Virus record (IMG/VR): IMGVR_UViG_3300025934_000015
Span: 1 to 64,000 of that record
Length of the DNA: 64,000 bases
Reading direction: 5' to 3' (one strand)
Source of the DNA: a virus
Lineage: Duplodnaviria; Caudoviricetes
In this document: piece after piece, positions 17,844 to 25,692 of the stretch
How the letters are laid out: every line of letters starts with the position of its first letter
How positions within the stretch are numbered: the stretch's first letter is position 1
Notes under the pieces: model-generated
What the model was told of the DNA's origin: nothing
Seen by the model: only the letters and a program-made list of their open reading frames with translations
Databases searched by the model: none
Made by a program: the position numbers and the translations under genes

Positions 17844-19354
17844 TCCGTCGTTTCTACTTCACGCACGAAGTCGATGACGCGCTCCGACCACCCGTCCACA
17901 TGCGTCCACGGACCATACCCGACGCCCGTGCGATTGGACGCCACGTTGATCACGTAGCCCTTGCCCCTCGGGTTCGGAGGCGTATCCTGCGACTGTTCAT
18001 CGGTGATGACAATCAGGCGATCGTACGGTTCCTGATTGAGCCGACGGACCGCAGCGCCCAGCAGGGTCGCTGCCGCCGGAACCTGCGACTTGAGCGCATC
18101 CGCCAGGGCGATGCCGAGATAGTTCGGCACCTCTTTCATCACGCTCGAAAAGACGAAGATGCGGGACTCATCCGACAGCGCCCGGCAGATGATCGCCACC
18201 GCCGCTGCCGCATCCAGCCGTGAGATCTCCGACTTGGCTGAGATCGGCTGGTTCATGGACGCCGACCCGTCCACCAGCACGATCGTGCGACCCGGCAGGC
18301 GCTCCATGCTTCCGAGGCACTTGACCATGGCCACGTCCAGCGCATCCACGAACCGCGGCGCGTAGCGTGCCGCCGCCAGGAACCGGAAGGGCAACACGCG
18401 CTCGGCGTTCATCGCGATCAGGGCCTGACGGATCAGGGTGTCGTTGACGCCCGCCTCGGTCATGTTCCGCAGGTTGCGCAACAGAGCCAGCGCGCCCAGC
18501 TTCCGCTCCTCGATCAGACGCGTGAACGTCGCCTTCTTGTCGGCACCACCCGACAGCGCGACCTCCCACGTGTCCGGCGTCGGCAGCGTGCCATACACGA
18601 GCTGATTGAAGATCGACTCCTGCGTCCGCAGCTCGTTGACCGGCGAGAGCGTCGAGGCCCGCTCGGCCCGCCGTGCCGCCCTGGTGTAACCCTTCCGGCC
18701 GTCCGTCGGTTTGGCGTGCGACAGAAAGAGTACGTCGCGCAGCTTCACCGGCGTGTCGCGATTGTACTTGGCCAACTGATAGGGGCTGAACCGCGTGAAC
18801 GCCCGCGCTAGTCCCTTCTTGACCTGGGCCGACAGCGGCGTCCGCGTCAGGGTCACCGTCGTACCCGCGCCCTTGCACAGCCGACAGGGCGTGGTTCCAC
18901 GCTGGGCCCGCAGCCGCTTCAGGACCGACTGCGACGTGACCTTACACGCCGGGCACGGCACGCGCGGGCCCTGCCAGTAGAGCGCGAGGAACTCTGCCAA
19001 CTCGTCGGCGCGCTGAATGATGCCGTCCAGGGTCTCGGCCACGTAGGGTTTGAGGCTCGGCGTGCGCGCCATCTCCCGGACAATCAGCAGCGGCACGTGC
19101 CGCAGCTTCATCGCGGTGCGCGCTTCGATCGCCAGCTTCGCGACCGCCTGCGGATTCGTGGCCCCGACTTCGACGGTCAGCCGACGAATGCGGTCGGCAA
19201 TGCCTTCCCCCGACTCGTAGAATTCATCTTCCCACAGCAGGCAGGAAAGCACCGAGCGTCGCAGCGCCTGCAGCGGCGTGATCGTGCGGGTGAGTCCGCC
19301 CTCGTGCGTGGTGTCCGTGAACGGGTTGCTCGGGCCGATGTTGACGCGCGACAT
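17837..19354 (-). CDS. rsr: Ro60/Rsr TROVE-domain RNA-binding protein
   Basis: THEGG, LRRSVLSCLLWEDEFYESG, YQLAKY, LRDVLFLSHAKP, PDTWEV, ALLRNLRNM, LPFRF; vWA VDGSASM and LIVITDEQ. Confidence 0.95.
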   Translation of the reverse strand: MSRVNIGPSNPFTDTTHEGGLTRTITPLQALRRSVLSCLLWEDEFYESGEGIADRIRRLTVEVGATNPQAVAKLAIEARTAMKLRHVPLLIVREMARTPSLKPYVAETLDGIIQRADELAEFLALYWQGPRVPCPACKVTSQSVLKRLRAQRGTTPCRLCKGAGTTVTLTRTPLSAQVKKGLARAFTRFSPYQLAKYNRDTPVKLRDVLFLSHAKPTDGRKGYTRAARRAERASTLSPVNELRTQESIFNQLVYGTLPTPDTWEVALSGGADKKATFTRLIEERKLGALALLRNLRNMTEAGVNDTLIRQALIAMNAERVLPFRFLAAARYAPRFVDALDVAMVKCLGSMERLPGRTIVLVDGSASMNQPISAKSEISRLDAAAAVAIICRALSDESRIFVFSSVMKEVPNYLGIALADALKSQVPAAATLLGAAVRRLNQEPYDRLIVITDEQSQDTPPNPRGKGYVINVASNRTGVGYGPWTHVDGWSERVIDFVREVETTEC

Positions 19355-19392
19355 GTTGACCTCAGTTCAAACGTGCATTCGTTCGTGATAAC

Positions 19393-19534
19393 GTGGCCGG
19401 GAACTGACGACAATGGTGCTTGTGTAAACAATTGCTCTACCAACTGAGCTACACGCGGGTGTCTAATCCACGTGACCGGACTCGAACCGGCGACCCATTG
19501 TGTGTGAAGTACCCACTATCTTCGCCACGGCCAC
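19393..19534 (-). ncRNA. YrlA-like Y RNA 5 with complete permuted tRNA-like domain
   Basis: GTGGCCG/CGGCCAC terminal stem, GGCGAAG motif, T-arm GCCGG-TTCGAGT-CCGGT, loop-closed acceptor stem, D-arm TAGCTCAGTTGGTAGAGCA. Confidence 0.9.
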
Positions 19535-19539
19535 TGAGA

Positions 19540-19668
19540 TTGCCGGAGTCGAAAAATACTTCGCAATCAGTAACTCCAGATCACATCAGGAACTTGGCCA
19601 TGTTTTCACGCGGCAGAGCACCCTCAGATATGGAGGACGTTTCGCTACTAGATCTCCAACTCCGGCAA
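19540..19668 (-). ncRNA. Unassigned structured RNA inside the Y RNA array
   Basis: Long terminal stem TTGCCGGAGTTGGAGA/TTTTCGACTCCGGCAA enclosing a multi-hairpin junction; lacks the Y motifs; strand assumed from the operon. Confidence 0.6.
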
Positions 19669-19672
19669 ACAC

Positions 19673-19782
19673 GTTCCCGGGAACCGGCGACGACGGATCT
19701 ATGTGGAGTCGAACCACCAACAGTGAGCACGAGTCCCACCGCTGTCAACCAAGAAGTAGCCGTTCGTCTGCGCCACGGGAAC
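19673..19782 (-). ncRNA. Y RNA-like 4 (retains a T-loop hairpin)
   Basis: GTTCCCG/CGGGAAC terminal stem, GTGGCGCAGA...GCTACTTC, GTGG-TTCGACT-CCAC, 3' GTCGCCGGTTCCC. Confidence 0.8.
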
Positions 19783-19790
19783 CGATACAT

Positions 19791-19863
19791 GTTGCTGGGA
19801 ACTTGCGACAACGGGTGCTGTCTTCAGTATGAGTGAAGTAACCGCCATCTTCGCCACAGCAAC
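19791..19863 (-). ncRNA. Y RNA-like 3 (minimal, 73 nt)
   Basis: GTTGCTG/CAGCAAC terminal stem, GTGGCGAAGA...GTTACTTC, 3' TTGTCGCAAGTTCCC. Confidence 0.8.
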
Positions 19864-19873
19864 GTTTCACAAA

Positions 19874-20012
19874 TCCCGACGGGAACTAGCGACAACCGAG
19901 ATTTTTCGTGTGCTACCACTACACTACGTCCAAGTGTGACCCTGAACGGCCGGATTCGAACCGACCCCCCGTCATCCACAATGAAGTAACGGCTATCTAC
20001 GCCACGTCGGGA
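19874..20012 (-). ncRNA. YrlA-like Y RNA 2 with complete permuted tRNA-like domain
   Basis: TCCCGACG/CGTCGGGA stem, T-arm GTCGG-TTCGAAT-CCGGC, closed acceptor stem, D-arm TAGTGTAGTGGTAGCACA. Confidence 0.88.
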
Positions 20013-20021
20013 ACATGTATT

Positions 20022-20106
20022 GATGGCGGGAACTGGTGTCAGCGGTTGGGCTTGCGCCCATCTCTTTGCAAGGAAAAGAAGTAACCGCTCACGTCGCCAC
20101 GCCATC
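20022..20106 (-). ncRNA. Y RNA-like 1 (two small internal hairpins)
   Basis: GATGGCG/CGCCATC stem, GTGGCGACG...GTTACTTC, 3' CCAGTTCCC. Confidence 0.78.
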
Positions 20107-20120
20107 GATCAGAACTGCGG

Positions 20121-20150
20121 TTTATAACACGGAACAAAAACCGTTGTCAA
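20121..20150 (-). promoter_or_regulatory. Sigma70-type promoter of the Y RNA array/Ro60 operon
   Basis: TTGACA-N18-TATAAA with TGn extension, about 15 nt upstream of the first RNA. Confidence 0.8.
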
Positions 20151-20272
20151 GGTCGTTGTTTCGTCTGAGAAACCGCTGGCGCAGACCACATACGGGCCTG
20201 CGCCATGGTCAACACGGTCGGTGTGGATGCGGCGTCCGAGGAACCGGCCCCACCGCATCCGTCCGTGACGTG

Positions 20273-20926
20273 TTAGACGCCCGCGCCGACGGTCTCGCCC
20301 TGCGGCGCGTTCTCGCCCTGCGGTGCTCCCTCGCCCTGCACCTTCGCGCGCAGCTTGGCCAGCTTCTGCTCCAGGCGCGCCATCTTCTCCGCGGCGGTCG
20401 GCTTCGGACGCGCGGCCAGACGGGCCTTGCGCTGTTCCTTGGTCTCCTGGGCGCGCGGCACCTTCGGACCCGCGAACAGCCCGGCCGGGAATTCGATGGT
20501 CGCCGGAGCCTTCGAATCCGGGAACAGGGTCTTGCTGAACCGGACGCTACCGGGGCGTCCCGGCAGGGTGTAGACCACCATAATGGTGGAGCGGTCCTTG
20601 GCGTCCAGCGTGGCGGTCACGGGGCCGGTCTGGGCCGCGTTCTGGTCGGCGTTCTGGGTCTGGTCGGTCGTCTGCGTGTCGGTCATGATGTGCTGATCCT
20701 TCTGATCCGTGTTGATGGTCGTGCCGGTCATCGGACCGGCGTCCTGTGTCACTGCGGAATCTACCGCAGTTCCGTCGTGGCTGTCAACGATTTTTTTGCT
20801 GGTCGCCGTGTTTTCCGCCGCCGGAGCCACGGGAGCCGTGGTCGCAGCGTTGGACTTTTTGGCCGACGCCTTGGGCGTCTTGGCCAGGGTCTGCGCGGTT
20901 TTCTTAGCGTTCTTGAGTTTTTCCAT
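20273..20926 (-). CDS. Lys/Ala/Thr-rich low-complexity hypothetical protein
   Basis: Own promoter and AAGGACGGAG RBS; basic N-terminus, coiled-coil C-terminus. Confidence 0.7.
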   Translation of the reverse strand: MEKLKNAKKTAQTLAKTPKASAKKSNAATTAPVAPAAENTATSKKIVDSHDGTAVDSAVTQDAGPMTGTTINTDQKDQHIMTDTQTTDQTQNADQNAAQTGPVTATLDAKDRSTIMVVYTLPGRPGSVRFSKTLFPDSKAPATIEFPAGLFAGPKVPRAQETKEQRKARLAARPKPTAAEKMARLEQKLAKLRAKVQGEGAPQGENAPQGETVGAGV

Positions 20927-20976
20927 ACGTTCGTCTCCGTCCTTCTTGGTTGATGGGTCCCGCGTGTGATTCCGTA

Positions 20977-21005
20977 GTTGTATCGTAGTTTTAAACTGCC
21001 GTCAA
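20977..21005 (-). promoter_or_regulatory. Sigma70-type promoter with AGTTTAAAAC spacer box
   Basis: TTGACG-N17-TACAAC. Confidence 0.6.
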
Positions 21006-21018
21006 GCGGTTCACGTCG

Positions 21019-21351
21019 TTATTTTTTCCCGTGGCGCGCCTTGAGCACGGTATACGCAGCCGTGACCTGTTTAAAGCGCTCGGTCGCCGCCTCAACCGTG
21101 AGTCCGTGGACGGCGCAGCGGTCCGGATGACACGCCATGGATGCCGCCCGGTAGGCACGCAGCAGCTCCAGGGCGGTCACGGCCGGGCCCACGCCCAGGA
21201 TGGCCTCCGGCGACCGGCTGCCCAGCGTGTCGCGCGCTTCATCCAGCCCCATGGTTGCGGTGAAGGCCTCGCGCCACGACCGCGCGTCGCCGTAGCCCTC
21301 GACGTCCGGATTGTACGTCCGGTAGCCCGACATGAACGGTCGCTTCGCCAT
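21019..21351 (-). CDS. Stand-alone J-domain (DnaJ-like) protein
   Basis: ILGV...RAYRAASMACHPDR...FKQVTAAYTVL. Confidence 0.85.
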   Translation of the reverse strand: MAKRPFMSGYRTYNPDVEGYGDARSWREAFTATMGLDEARDTLGSRSPEAILGVGPAVTALELLRAYRAASMACHPDRCAVHGLTVEAATERFKQVTAAYTVLKARHGKK

Positions 21352-21353
21352 GG

Positions 21354-21605
21354 CTACTTGGCCTCCGTCAGCACTTCATGTGGCTGCTCATGCGCGGGCA
21401 GCGCCAGCGCGCGGAGGTGTTTGCACGTGCGCGTGGTGCGCCAGCGCGGGCACGAACACCCCCAGTGCCGTTTCGTTTTGTGCTGGGACACCACATAAAC
21501 GCGATTGGATGTCTCCGACCGAATCTCGAAGCGGTTCGTCCACTGCGCGTTATCGGGCAGTTTGGACCCGCGGGGAATGCGGAGAACCGGTAGTGTGTTC
21601 GTCAT
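21354..21605 (-). CDS. SWIM zinc-finger protein
   Basis: WGCSCPRW...CKHL; start directly follows a repeat element. Confidence 0.8.
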   Translation of the reverse strand: MTNTLPVLRIPRGSKLPDNAQWTNRFEIRSETSNRVYVVSQHKTKRHWGCSCPRWRTTRTCKHLRALALPAHEQPHEVLTEAK

Positions 21606-21638
21606 GATCTGTTAGACGTGTCCCGAGGGTGAAAAGTT

Positions 21639-22166
21639 TCAGCGATAGATCTTTTTGCCGTTGCGGTCCGTCGTACCCTTCATCAGACCGTCAATGATGT
21701 AGCCGTCCACACCGACCTGTTCCATGAGCGCCTTGACCTCGGTCTCCACGGCCATCAGGGCGTCGTACGCGGCGTGCTGGCGCGCAATCGCGGCCTCCAG
21801 CGCGTCCAGCAGGCCCGAGTTGGTCAGCGCCGCCTGCCGGGCGGCGTTGCGTTCGTCACGTCCACTGTAGTGGCTCGTATTGTGCTCCAGCAGGAATGCC
21901 GGATCCATGACGACGTTCTTCTCGGCGTAAGCAATCAACAGACTATGGCCCTGGTTGCCCCCGGTCTGGCTGTAGCCGCCCCACTCCAGATGGGTCATGC
22001 CGTAGGCCTTGCGCATCCGCAGATCCGGCGCGCCTGCCTCCTGCGCCATCATCTTCTGAACGTCCCGCTCCGTGATGCGCTTGCCCGCATGGCGCTCGAA
22101 GTACGCGCGGATGGCGTCCGCGACGGTGGTGTCCTCCATGCGACTGGTGAGAATGTCCTTGATCAT
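21639..22166 (-). CDS. Hypothetical protein, leaderless sigma70 promoter
   Basis: TTGACA-N18-TAAACT-N6-ATG; stop lies within the next repeat element. Confidence 0.75.
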   Translation of the reverse strand: MIKDILTSRMEDTTVADAIRAYFERHAGKRITERDVQKMMAQEAGAPDLRMRKAYGMTHLEWGGYSQTGGNQGHSLLIAYAEKNVVMDPAFLLEHNTSHYSGRDERNAARQAALTNSGLLDALEAAIARQHAAYDALMAVETEVKALMEQVGVDGYIIDGLMKGTTDRNGKKIYR

Positions 22167-22217
22167 GATGACAGTTTACCTCGGGAGAAAAATAGCTGTC
22201 AAGTACGAAGTTTGAGA

Positions 22218-22403
22218 TCAGTCGAGTCCGTCGATCTGACGGACGAACAGCACCGACTTGCCGTCCGACGCGGTCACGAGGTAGTCGCGCCCTTCGCGCG
22301 TGATGGTGGACGAATAGCCCTTCTCCGTGGCCAGTAGGAACCGAAAGGCCTCGGCGTCCTTCTTGGGCGTGGGGCTGGAGACGGTCTGCACAATGTTGAT
22401 CAT
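22218..22403 (-). CDS. Hypothetical cassette protein
   Basis: ATG abuts repeat element. Confidence 0.7.
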   Translation of the reverse strand: MINIVQTVSSPTPKKDAEAFRFLLATEKGYSSTITREGRDYLVTASDGKSVLFVRQIDGLD

Positions 22404-22435
22404 GATCTGTTAGACGTGTACCGACGGTGAAAAGT

Positions 22436-22633
22436 TCAGGCGAGATTAGCGCGGTCCCAGGCCTTCAACCATGCATCCAGGGCAGCAATCACGCCCGCGG
22501 TATCCTTGCCTTTGATGTGGGCGCAGATGGCCGGGTCCAATGCGGGCACGCGCATTCGGCCGTCCGCGAAGGCTTGCGCGCCCAGGGCGGCGGCGGCAGT
22601 GGTGTCCACAAGGTGTGTGCGCTGTTTTCTCAT
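22436..22633 (-). CDS. Hypothetical cassette protein
   Basis: ATG abuts element; TGA lies in the next element. Confidence 0.7.
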   Translation of the reverse strand: MRKQRTHLVDTTAAAALGAQAFADGRMRVPALDPAICAHIKGKDTAGVIAALDAWLKAWDRANLA

Positions 22634-22665
22634 GATCGGTTAGACGGATCCTGCGGTGAAAAAGT

Positions 22666-22917
22666 TCACCGTGGGACCAAACGATAGACGTGCTCCACAA
22701 TGAATCCGGTGGTTTTCCAGGCCTTAGACCGTGGGTGGATAGCGGAGACGTGCCCGCTCACCTTCACCAGTCGGCCGCTGGCCACCAGGGCGTCCGCCGC
22801 CTTCGCCTCGCGCGTGCCGAACCGGCGCTTGTGCTCGCGGCCGAACACCACGGTGACGTGTCCGCCCTGACGTTCGGCGGTCGCCAGGAGCTGTTCCATG
22901 TGCGCGGTGACGGTCAT
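22666..22917 (-). CDS. Hypothetical cassette protein
   Basis: ATG abuts element; TGA lies in the next element. Confidence 0.7.
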   Translation of the reverse strand: MTVTAHMEQLLATAERQGGHVTVVFGREHKRRFGTREAKAADALVASGRLVKVSGHVSAIHPRSKAWKTTGFIVEHVYRLVPR

Positions 22918-22949
22918 GATCTGTTAGACGTGTACCGACGGTGAAAAGT

Positions 22950-23222
22950 TCACCGTCGGCGGATGACAATCTTGTGCAGTGGATTGCCGTCGTTGAGATT
23001 GACCAGCGGATCAGCCAGTCGGTTGGCGTGACGCGCGAAAAAGACGCGGGTCTGGCCAGCCGCGAAACCGTTCAGCAGGCGGAAGGTCACGCGGACGGCG
23101 TGCGCGTAGTCTGCGCCCAGCGGCGTGATGTCGGTGATCTGGCCACTGACGTGCGCCGCCACGTTGCGCGCCTTGCAGCCCTTCTCGATAACAATTTTGT
23201 CCCCGACGGTCAATGTGGTCAT
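22950..23222 (-). CDS. Hypothetical cassette protein (beta-rich)
   Basis: ATG abuts element; TGA lies in the next element. Confidence 0.7.
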   Translation of the reverse strand: MTTLTVGDKIVIEKGCKARNVAAHVSGQITDITPLGADYAHAVRVTFRLLNGFAAGQTRVFFARHANRLADPLVNLNDGNPLHKIVIRRR

Positions 23223-23273
23223 GATCTGTTAGACGGATCCCGCGGTGAAAAGTTTCACCGCGGTGCGAAAAAT

Positions 23274-23543
23274 TTAGCGGCCGACCATGCCTCGGCGGAC
23301 CGCTGGCAGAATCCGGCTGTCCCAGTCGGCCAGCATGACCCGCAGGTTGGCCGTCCGGTAGCCACCGACGTTGTCCCGCGGCGTCCCCACGCGGCCCGGG
23401 TGCGGCAGGAACACGTACCAGGAGCGGTCATCAAAGGGGCCGCTGCGGTCCACGCCACAGTTCCCGATGTACCCGAATGAGACGGTGGGGAATTCCGCTT
23501 TCAATGCGTCCACGCGGGCGTCCAGGTCGGGGATACCGGTCAT
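23274..23543 (-). CDS. Hypothetical protein (MTGIPDLDA...)
   Basis: GGAGG RBS and ATGA overlap with the upstream cassette gene. Confidence 0.7.
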   Translation of the reverse strand: MTGIPDLDARVDALKAEFPTVSFGYIGNCGVDRSGPFDDRSWYVFLPHPGRVGTPRDNVGGYRTANLRVMLADWDSRILPAVRRGMVGR

Positions 23544-23758
23544 TTGGCCTCCAAAAACGCGATCAGGTCCAGCGTGGCCTCCGCCTTCGTCGCGCGCCAT
23601 TCGCCGCCGACGGAGGCGTCACGGCTGGACGACCACCGCCATCCGCTGGCAAACTTTTCGACGTAGTACTTCGTTTCAATCATCTCCAGGGCAACGGTCG
23701 TACGCCAATCGTTGTAGACGTAGCGGCCAGCGGCCAGTCGTTGCAGTGTGATCGTCAT
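23540..23758 (-). CDS. Hypothetical cassette protein
   Basis: ATG abuts element. Confidence 0.7.
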   Translation of the reverse strand: MTITLQRLAAGRYVYNDWRTTVALEMIETKYYVEKFASGWRWSSSRDASVGGEWRATKAEATLDLIAFLEAK

Positions 23759-23806
23759 GATCTGTTAGACGGATCACCGCGGTGAAAAGTTCCACCGCGG
23801 TTTCGG

Positions 23807-24004
23807 TTATTCTTCGCTGACCGCGGGCTGGCCGTCACGGCTGTAGGCACTGACGCCTATGAAGCCTCCGCGTTCCTCTTCGGCCAGCGCCTCCTGACGG
23901 CGGACCCAGCGCTCCATGGCAGTCTCGGACGGAAAGCTGCGCTCGCGCGTGACCAGCTCGCCCTTGCGGTTGAAGGCCTGATAACGGATGGTAACGGATG
24001 CCAT
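23807..24004 (-). CDS. Hypothetical protein (MASVTIRYQ...)
   Basis: GGAGG RBS; second gene of its cassette. Confidence 0.65.
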   Translation of the reverse strand: MASVTIRYQAFNRKGELVTRERSFPSETAMERWVRRQEALAEEERGGFIGVSAYSRDGQPAVSEE

Positions 24005-24006
24005 GA

Positions 24007-24201
24007 CTACTTCGCCTCCTGCGCCAGCGCCAGACGCCACGCCTTGCGTGCGGCAAAATACAACTCGTTCGCCGCATTCGCCGGAGCCATTTTCGACATC
24101 CGCTTCGGGGCGCGCATGTAGCGCGTATTGATCTGCTTGAACGTGCGGCCAGTCTTCGCCACGTCGAGGGCGGCGTATTCCAGATGGTTATATGCGCTCA
24201 T
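24007..24201 (-). CDS. Hypothetical cassette protein
   Basis: ATG abuts element. Confidence 0.7.
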   Translation of the reverse strand: MSAYNHLEYAALDVAKTGRTFKQINTRYMRAPKRMSKMAPANAANELYFAARKAWRLALAQEAK

Positions 24202-24260
24202 GATCTGTTAGACGGATCACCGCGGTGAAAAGTTCCACCGCGGTTCGCCTTTTGTTTCGC

Positions 24261-24548
24261 CTACCACTTGGCGTAGTCTGGCAGACCTTCGTAGATGCGA
24301 TCACAAATCTGTTCGTAGACCAGCGCGCGGTCGATCTTGCCGTCGGCGCGCAGCTCCATGGCCACGGCCTTGTTACAGGCATAGTTCTTGAGGTTGGCCA
24401 CGACGGTCACATAACCCTTCGGGCGGGTCGGGAAGATTCCGCGCGCCACCGTGTAGGGCACGCCGCCGGATAGGCCGCAGGTCTTCCAGAAGTCCCACAG
24501 GTCGGCCGGGGTCATCGCGTCGAGGTTGGGCACGTTGCTGTCAGTCAT
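24261..24548 (-). CDS. Hypothetical cassette protein
   Basis: ATG abuts element. Confidence 0.75.
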   Translation of the reverse strand: MTDSNVPNLDAMTPADLWDFWKTCGLSGGVPYTVARGIFPTRPKGYVTVVANLKNYACNKAVAMELRADGKIDRALVYEQICDRIYEGLPDYAKW

Positions 24549-24603
24549 GATCTGTTAGACGGATCACCGCGGTGGAAAGTTCCACCGCGGTGTAACAAAA
24601 CTG

Positions 24604-25020
24604 TTAGAAGCTGGGATTGCGTTCGTTGTGCGTGCCAGCGGTCATGTACCAGGTCCCATTCGCGCGCCATGAGGCAGTCTGGCGCAGCCGGAAGAAGACG
24701 GTGCCGTCTGAGGTCTCCACGCGGCGCAGCGACTTCGAGACCTTGATAATCTGGCCAGCCGGGTAGTAGTCGCCATTGAACCCGCGGGACACGTCGCTGC
24801 CGACCGTCGGAGCCTCGATGACGTCATAGCGCGGCGAGGTGTGACTGCCCTTGTCTGCGGCCACGTGGAGACGGCCCGTCAGGGCGGTGGCGTCCGCTGC
24901 AATCTCCTCAGCGTGCGCCATGTTCAGAATGTCGTTCCGGTTGATCGCGCCCTGGTCATGGCCCTCGCCCAGGGGGTGAACTGCCGTCAGGGTGCCGTTG
25001 GTGTAAGTGAAAGTCAGCAT
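24604..25020 (-). CDS. Hypothetical cassette protein (MLTFTYTNG...ERNPSF)
   Basis: ATG at 25020 follows the element; the ORF-track start at 25059 reads through the promoter. Confidence 0.75.
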   Translation of the reverse strand: MLTFTYTNGTLTAVHPLGEGHDQGAINRNDILNMAHAEEIAADATALTGRLHVAADKGSHTSPRYDVIEAPTVGSDVSRGFNGDYYPAGQIIKVSKSLRRVETSDGTVFFRLRQTASWRANGTWYMTAGTHNERNPSF

Positions 25021-25081
25021 ATGAATGGTTAGACGGATCACCGCGGTGAAAAGTTCCACCGCGGTTTCGTTATTGTTTCGC

Positions 25082-25333
25082 CTACGCGGTAAACCGCACT
25101 TCGATCCACGAGTCCTTCGGCCACGCGTGCCAGCGGTCCGCCGTGGCCACCACGACAGCAGCCGGGAGCGCGCGCTTGACGGCGGCGGCGACCGTCTCCT
25201 CGGTCATGCCGTGGTGGTAGAAGTAGCCGCGCTTCGCCACAAAACAGCGCTCCTTGCGGCTGAACCCAACCGCCAGACCCGTACCCTCCAGAGCCGCGCG
25301 TACCGCCTTGAGCGTCATCAGTGTGTTCGTCAT
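25082..25333 (-). CDS. Hypothetical cassette protein
   Basis: ATG abuts element. Confidence 0.7.
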   Translation of the reverse strand: MTNTLMTLKAVRAALEGTGLAVGFSRKERCFVAKRGYFYHHGMTEETVAAAVKRALPAAVVVATADRWHAWPKDSWIEVRFTA

Positions 25334-25386
25334 GATCGGTTAGACGGATCACCGCGGTGAAAAGTTCCACCGCGGTGACAAAAGTG

Positions 25387-25692
25387 TTAGACGAGACCTT
25401 CGCGTTCCTCTCGCGTGTCCCAGGGCCTTTCGCTGGCGGCGTCCGCGCGCTCCTGCGCCCAGCGCTCAAACGCCGCCGTGGCCTGCCGGACAATGTCGGT
25501 CCACTGCGCCTCCGTGACGGTCACGGCTTCCGCCACGGTCACGTGGCCCTCGGCGTCCTCCGTGTAGATGATGACCACCTCCGGCTGATCCTCGCCCGGA
25601 TAGGCCATGACACGCACGTGCGCGGTATGCTGGTCCTCGCCCTGGTCGTACGGAATCTCGAACGTCGTCGTGAGCGGTTTGGATGTCGTCAT
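25387..25692 (-). CDS. Acidic hypothetical protein, leaderless sigma70 promoter
   Basis: TTGACA-N17-TAGGCT-N6-ATG. Confidence 0.7.
   Translation of the reverse strand: MTTSKPLTTTFEIPYDQGEDQHTAHVRVMAYPGEDQPEVVIIYTEDAEGHVTVAEAVTVTEAQWTDIVRQATAAFERWAQERADAASERPWDTREEREGLV

Larger units (their letters stand above)
21603..25378 (-). repeat. Ten dispersed copies of a ~40-bp ECF-type promoter/palindrome element, each abutting an ATG
   Basis: Plus-strand consensus CATGATCTGTTAGACGGATCACCGCGGTGAAAAGTTC at 21603, 22401, 22631, 22915, 23220, 23756, 24199, 24546, 25018 and 25331. Confidence 0.95.

Noticed and set aside
19540-19668. Hammerhead ribozyme (GAAAC and CTGATG present on the minus strand)
   Set aside because: The core reads CTGATGTGA rather than CTGANGA, lies inside a hairpin, and the A-U pair before the cleavage triplet is missing
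19430-19975. Canonical tRNA genes or tRNA pseudogenes at about 19.45 and 19.93 kb
   Set aside because: The T-arm precedes the D-arm, the acceptor stem is loop-closed, and there is no anticodon loop or CCA; this fits YrlA-type mimics
19420-20105. Protein-coding ORFs over the Y RNA array
   Set aside because: No RBS or protein-like composition; conserved RNA structure explains the region
21603-25378. CRISPR array
   Set aside because: Intervals are about 200-800 bp, irregular and filled by intact ORFs; no cas genes
21603-25378. Integron attC cassette array
   Set aside because: GTTAGAC/GTCTAAC fits the GTTRRRY core, but it lies at the wrong end relative to the ORFs, has no complementary partner box, coincides with the -10 element, and no integrase is in the window; kept only as a remote alternative
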